From the human T2T-CHM13v2.0 reference genome, Homo sapiens: a DNA stretch of 64,000 bases. Made by a program: the position numbers and the translations under genes. The notes beneath the pieces are model-generated. The model worked only from the letters and a program-made list of their open reading frames with translations, had not been told where the DNA came from and searched no databases. Positions 58,791 to 64,000 of the stretch are shown here, one piece after another (within the stretch, counting starts at the first letter, position 1; each line of letters starts with the position of its first letter). The stretch is taken from NCBI RefSeq assembly GCF_009914755.1, contig NC_060946.1. One strand, given 5' to 3'.

Positions 58791-60407
58791 AGTGGCCGTT
58801 CTTCCATCTCCTTCTTGTTCCCTGTTTTAGGTTCCCCGTTGAGCACACCTGCCCTGCCCCTTCTGTAAGCTGCTGTGATGGGCAGTATGGTGTAGGGGAT
58901 AGGGGGCTCGTCCCACCACTGTTCCCCCACAGGCTCCCCCTCAGCTGTTGGACTTCCCCCAAACATCCTCCTCCAGGTTCCCTAGCTGGTCCAGAGGCCC
59001 CGTTGCCCTCCCCTAGCCTGGCTGCAGACGTCCAGCTGCCAGGACTCAGGAGGACGAGAGACCAGAAGGGCCCCCAGACTCCTCACTCCCAAAAACTCTC
59101 CAAAAACAACAGATGCACAACGCAGGAAATAGATAGATTCTTGACTAAGCGGGGGTGGGGACCATCCACACCCCCTTCACACCACTGCATCCCACGGAAG
59201 GGTTCTAGGACCCCAGGGCCTGGGGGTGCAGCTGGACAATCCTGCAGTAGCCCCGCTCCCTGTTTTCAGAAGACCCCCCCACGGCTGCCCTCTGCAGCAT
59301 GTGCCCCTTTGTCGAAGGGACAATGGGCACTCCATTGCCCAGAGAGGCTTCTCACCCAGGAAAGCACTGGAGGTGCAGAGGCAGGAGCACGCGGGGGCTT
59401 GGCTGCGGGACAAGGCGAGTCTGTTTGGTGGCACCTTGAGCTGCGGAGGAAGACAAGACCCTGGCCCGGTGGAGATGAGACCCTGGCCTGGTGGGCTTCA
59501 GGCCCCACCCTGCGGCGCACCCTCCAGCTGGGGAAGTCCATGGGGTGTGTGGGATCCATGCGATGACAGTTGTGTGAGGCTGAGGCCCTGATCTCCAGGT
59601 GTGCCGCAGATCAAAGCACCCGCATACCAGAGAATTCCACGTAGCCACAGTTGCCAAGGGCAGAGGCAGCCTCACCTCTCACTGGTGGAGGGAGAGTGAT
59701 GGGTGAGGAGCTGCTTCTAGGACGAAAGGGATGGCTCCAGTGTGGCAGGCAGTGCAACCCAACCAGGAGCTGGGCACCAGGGGAGAGCATGTGGCCCGTG
59801 TTCCAGAGACTCTGTGTTCCAGAGACTCAGTTTTCCCTTCAGCTGTGGTGCTGACCTCCGCCCTGTGTGGAGAAGCTCTCTGTCAACAGTGGAGGCCTGT
59901 GTCAGCCATGGGCACGGGGACGTTCATTCCTGCTTCTCTCCTCCCTGTGGGTTCCAATGAGGCGGTGTGCTCGGGCAGGGTCCACAAGCATCTGCACCAT
60001 CCTGCCTCTCCTCCTTGCCAAGCTCCTTCACCCCCCGCCCTGAAGGAGCATCCTGCAGAGCCTGGCCAAGGAGCAGGTGGGGGCACGGCCCCCCAGCCTG
60101 GCATAGTGGCACCCAAGCCTAGGGAGGGCAGGATGAGACCTTTTTCCTTGGTGCTACCTCACACATTTTCTGGATTTCAAAAAACACAACTGGTGCCTTT
60201 GATTCAATTCCCTTTCCTGCTTGTTGTACTACTTCAAACCAGATGGGCTCCTCAGATGAAACTCCGGAGACTCAGTGTCTCTCTTTAACCGCTGCCAGGT
60301 CTGTGTGTGGGAAACAGCAGAACCAGAAATATTTTGCTAAAACCAGCCCATGTGGGGGAGAGGCTTAGCTTTTAATAGCAGTAATTAAATTATCTTCTTA
60401 ATTATAA

Positions 60408-61483
<1,076 letters not shown>

Positions 61484-62919
61484 CCTCTTCTCAAATAGTT
61501 TTTTTTTCCCCTCCGTTTCTGAATTCATCCTTTATCTCAGAATATGTTTTCCGGATTACTCCCCCAAGACAAGCTTTTTTTCTTGTGACATCATCACAGA
61601 ACGAAGATGGTGACAGCAGCAGGGCCACAAAACAGTCCCCAGTCTACCCAGTTGCTCATGGCTGTGGTTTGGACCTTCAGCCATGAGGCAGTACGTCTTC
61701 CCAGGGCAGGGTAGGGACCTTCACCGCGGGGCTGGGTCTCAGGAGCTGCCGGGCGCCCTTCTCCAGCCCGCCTTTGTGATAAGGGACAGAATCGGGGTCA
61801 CTGGCAGGACACAGGTCCCCTTCCCTGTCGCCTCAGGCTGGTGGGATTCCTGCACCCGAGTGCTGCTGGGGCTGCAGGCGAGGCCTGGGCTACACAGGAA
61901 GCCCGGGCACCGCAGAGTGGCCGCTAGCTGGTGGCATTGTTCCTCCACGGATTCAGAGCTTACGAGCACGGGCGTTGAGCTGAGGCAAAATACGGAAACA
62001 GCCACTTCCATGCAAATAATCACCCTTCTGATAACAATAAGTCAAGTCTCAAGGGACTAAGAAAAACAAGCAGCTTTATTAAGATGCAGCTGACCGATCT
62101 GAAAGCCTGCCTGCTCCGCCACCTCCTGGGAGAGCCTGCAGGGCCCGAGCTCTGGGGACAAGAGCTGCTGCTCAGGCCCCAGAGGAAGGTCTAGGTGGGA
62201 AATGGGCCGCCAGGAGGTGGACACCAACACATAGGAGCACATCCCAAGACACCCATCACCCTGTGTGGTGGGTGCTGGAAAGAAACAGCCTAGTTATGAG
62301 AGAGACTTGCAACTGGGGGCACCCTAGCACCCCACGGAGGCATTTCCAGGTGGCCCCTCCAGCTTGGCTGTGTGGGCTTCCTTGGAGGACCCTCCCTCCA
62401 GGCGGCCAGCCAGAAGGGGCCATCTCCAGGCAGGCACCCCCTTCAGGAGAGCCCATGCCCAGTCACTGCCTGGGAAGCTTACTGCAGGGCTGGCCCCCAC
62501 CTGCCACTGTCACCTCCTGACCTCCACCTGCTCTCCTGGGTCCTCAGGCCTCACACAGTCCTGTCCTTCTAACAGGTGACTGCAGGATGGAGCCCCAGGC
62601 ATCTCGGCATCCTGATGCGGTCACTGCCAGGAGGGGAGTGGTCTCAGGGTGGGCCAGACCCCTGGACACCAGCGTGGTCTCCTTCCTGAGCTGCCGAGGG
62701 AGATTTGCCTGGCAAAGCCCACCTGGCCCCTCGGCCCTCAGCCGCCGAGTTTCCCTCCTGCAGTGGGAGGTTTCCCACGACTGGAGGGAAGCAGTGGCTA
62801 TTCCAGTAGTAGCTGTTTCTCATGCACAGGTCTCTTCCCCAGAAAGAATTTGAGCTGCAGGACAGAGATCCTATCACATATATACCCAGAAGGTGATTCA
62901 AGGTGAATATTAAAGACTT

Positions 62920-63815
<896 letters not shown>

Positions 63816-63817
63816 CA

Positions 63818-63947
63818 TTCTTTATTTTTTGTAGAGACAGGGTGTCACTGTGTTGCCCAGGCTAGCCTCGAACTCGGGTTCAGGCTCTCCTTCCACCTCG
63901 GCCTCCCAAAGTGCTGGGATTATAGGTGTGAGCCACCACACCTGGCC
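63818..63947 (-). mobile_element. Alu left monomer (FLAM-like)
   Basis: TTTTTGTAGAGACAGGG...CTCGGCCTCCCAAAGTGCTGGGATTATAGGTGTGAGCCACC. Confidence 0.88.
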
Positions 63948-64000
63948 AAATTTGTGGGTTTTTTGGTTTTTATGTTTTTGAAACAGAGTTTCTCCCTTGT

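Overview
Human (or near-identical primate) genomic DNA, recognisable from the translated exons as the 22q11.21 (DiGeorge/VCFS) interval. It holds three + strand genes. SEPTIN5: 12 coding exons, 3380-11275, 369 aa, with an alternative first exon at 7529-7609. GP1BB: 2 exons, 12361-13255, 206 aa. TBX1: the isoform-C-type 3' end, 504 aa from ATG 49697 or 495 aa from ATG 48498, stop at 55720. Between GP1BB and TBX1 lie a ~3 kb G-rich 20-bp minisatellite and ~29 kb of GC-rich, repeat-poor intergenic DNA with several motif-dense candidate enhancers. Alu, MIR, MaLR-LTR and L1 fragments are scattered through the window. Two observations stand out. (1) An in-frame ATG at 48348 would add 50 aa to TBX1, including a Groucho/TLE-binding eh1 motif (LSPRASAFSIASLV) that the canonical splice acceptor removes, so promoter choice may switch TBX1 between repressor and activator N-termini. 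(2) A 36-nt tandem TGTAGATAC array in the TBX1 3'UTR superimposes Pumilio/CFIm elements and miR-144/miR-139 8-mer sites just upstream of a non-canonical GATAAA poly(A) signal. Exon coordinates were derived by hand from GT/AG boundaries and frame continuity. Comparisons with reference alleles or the literature are from memory and flagged as such. Most ORFs in the supplied track are GC-content artefacts.
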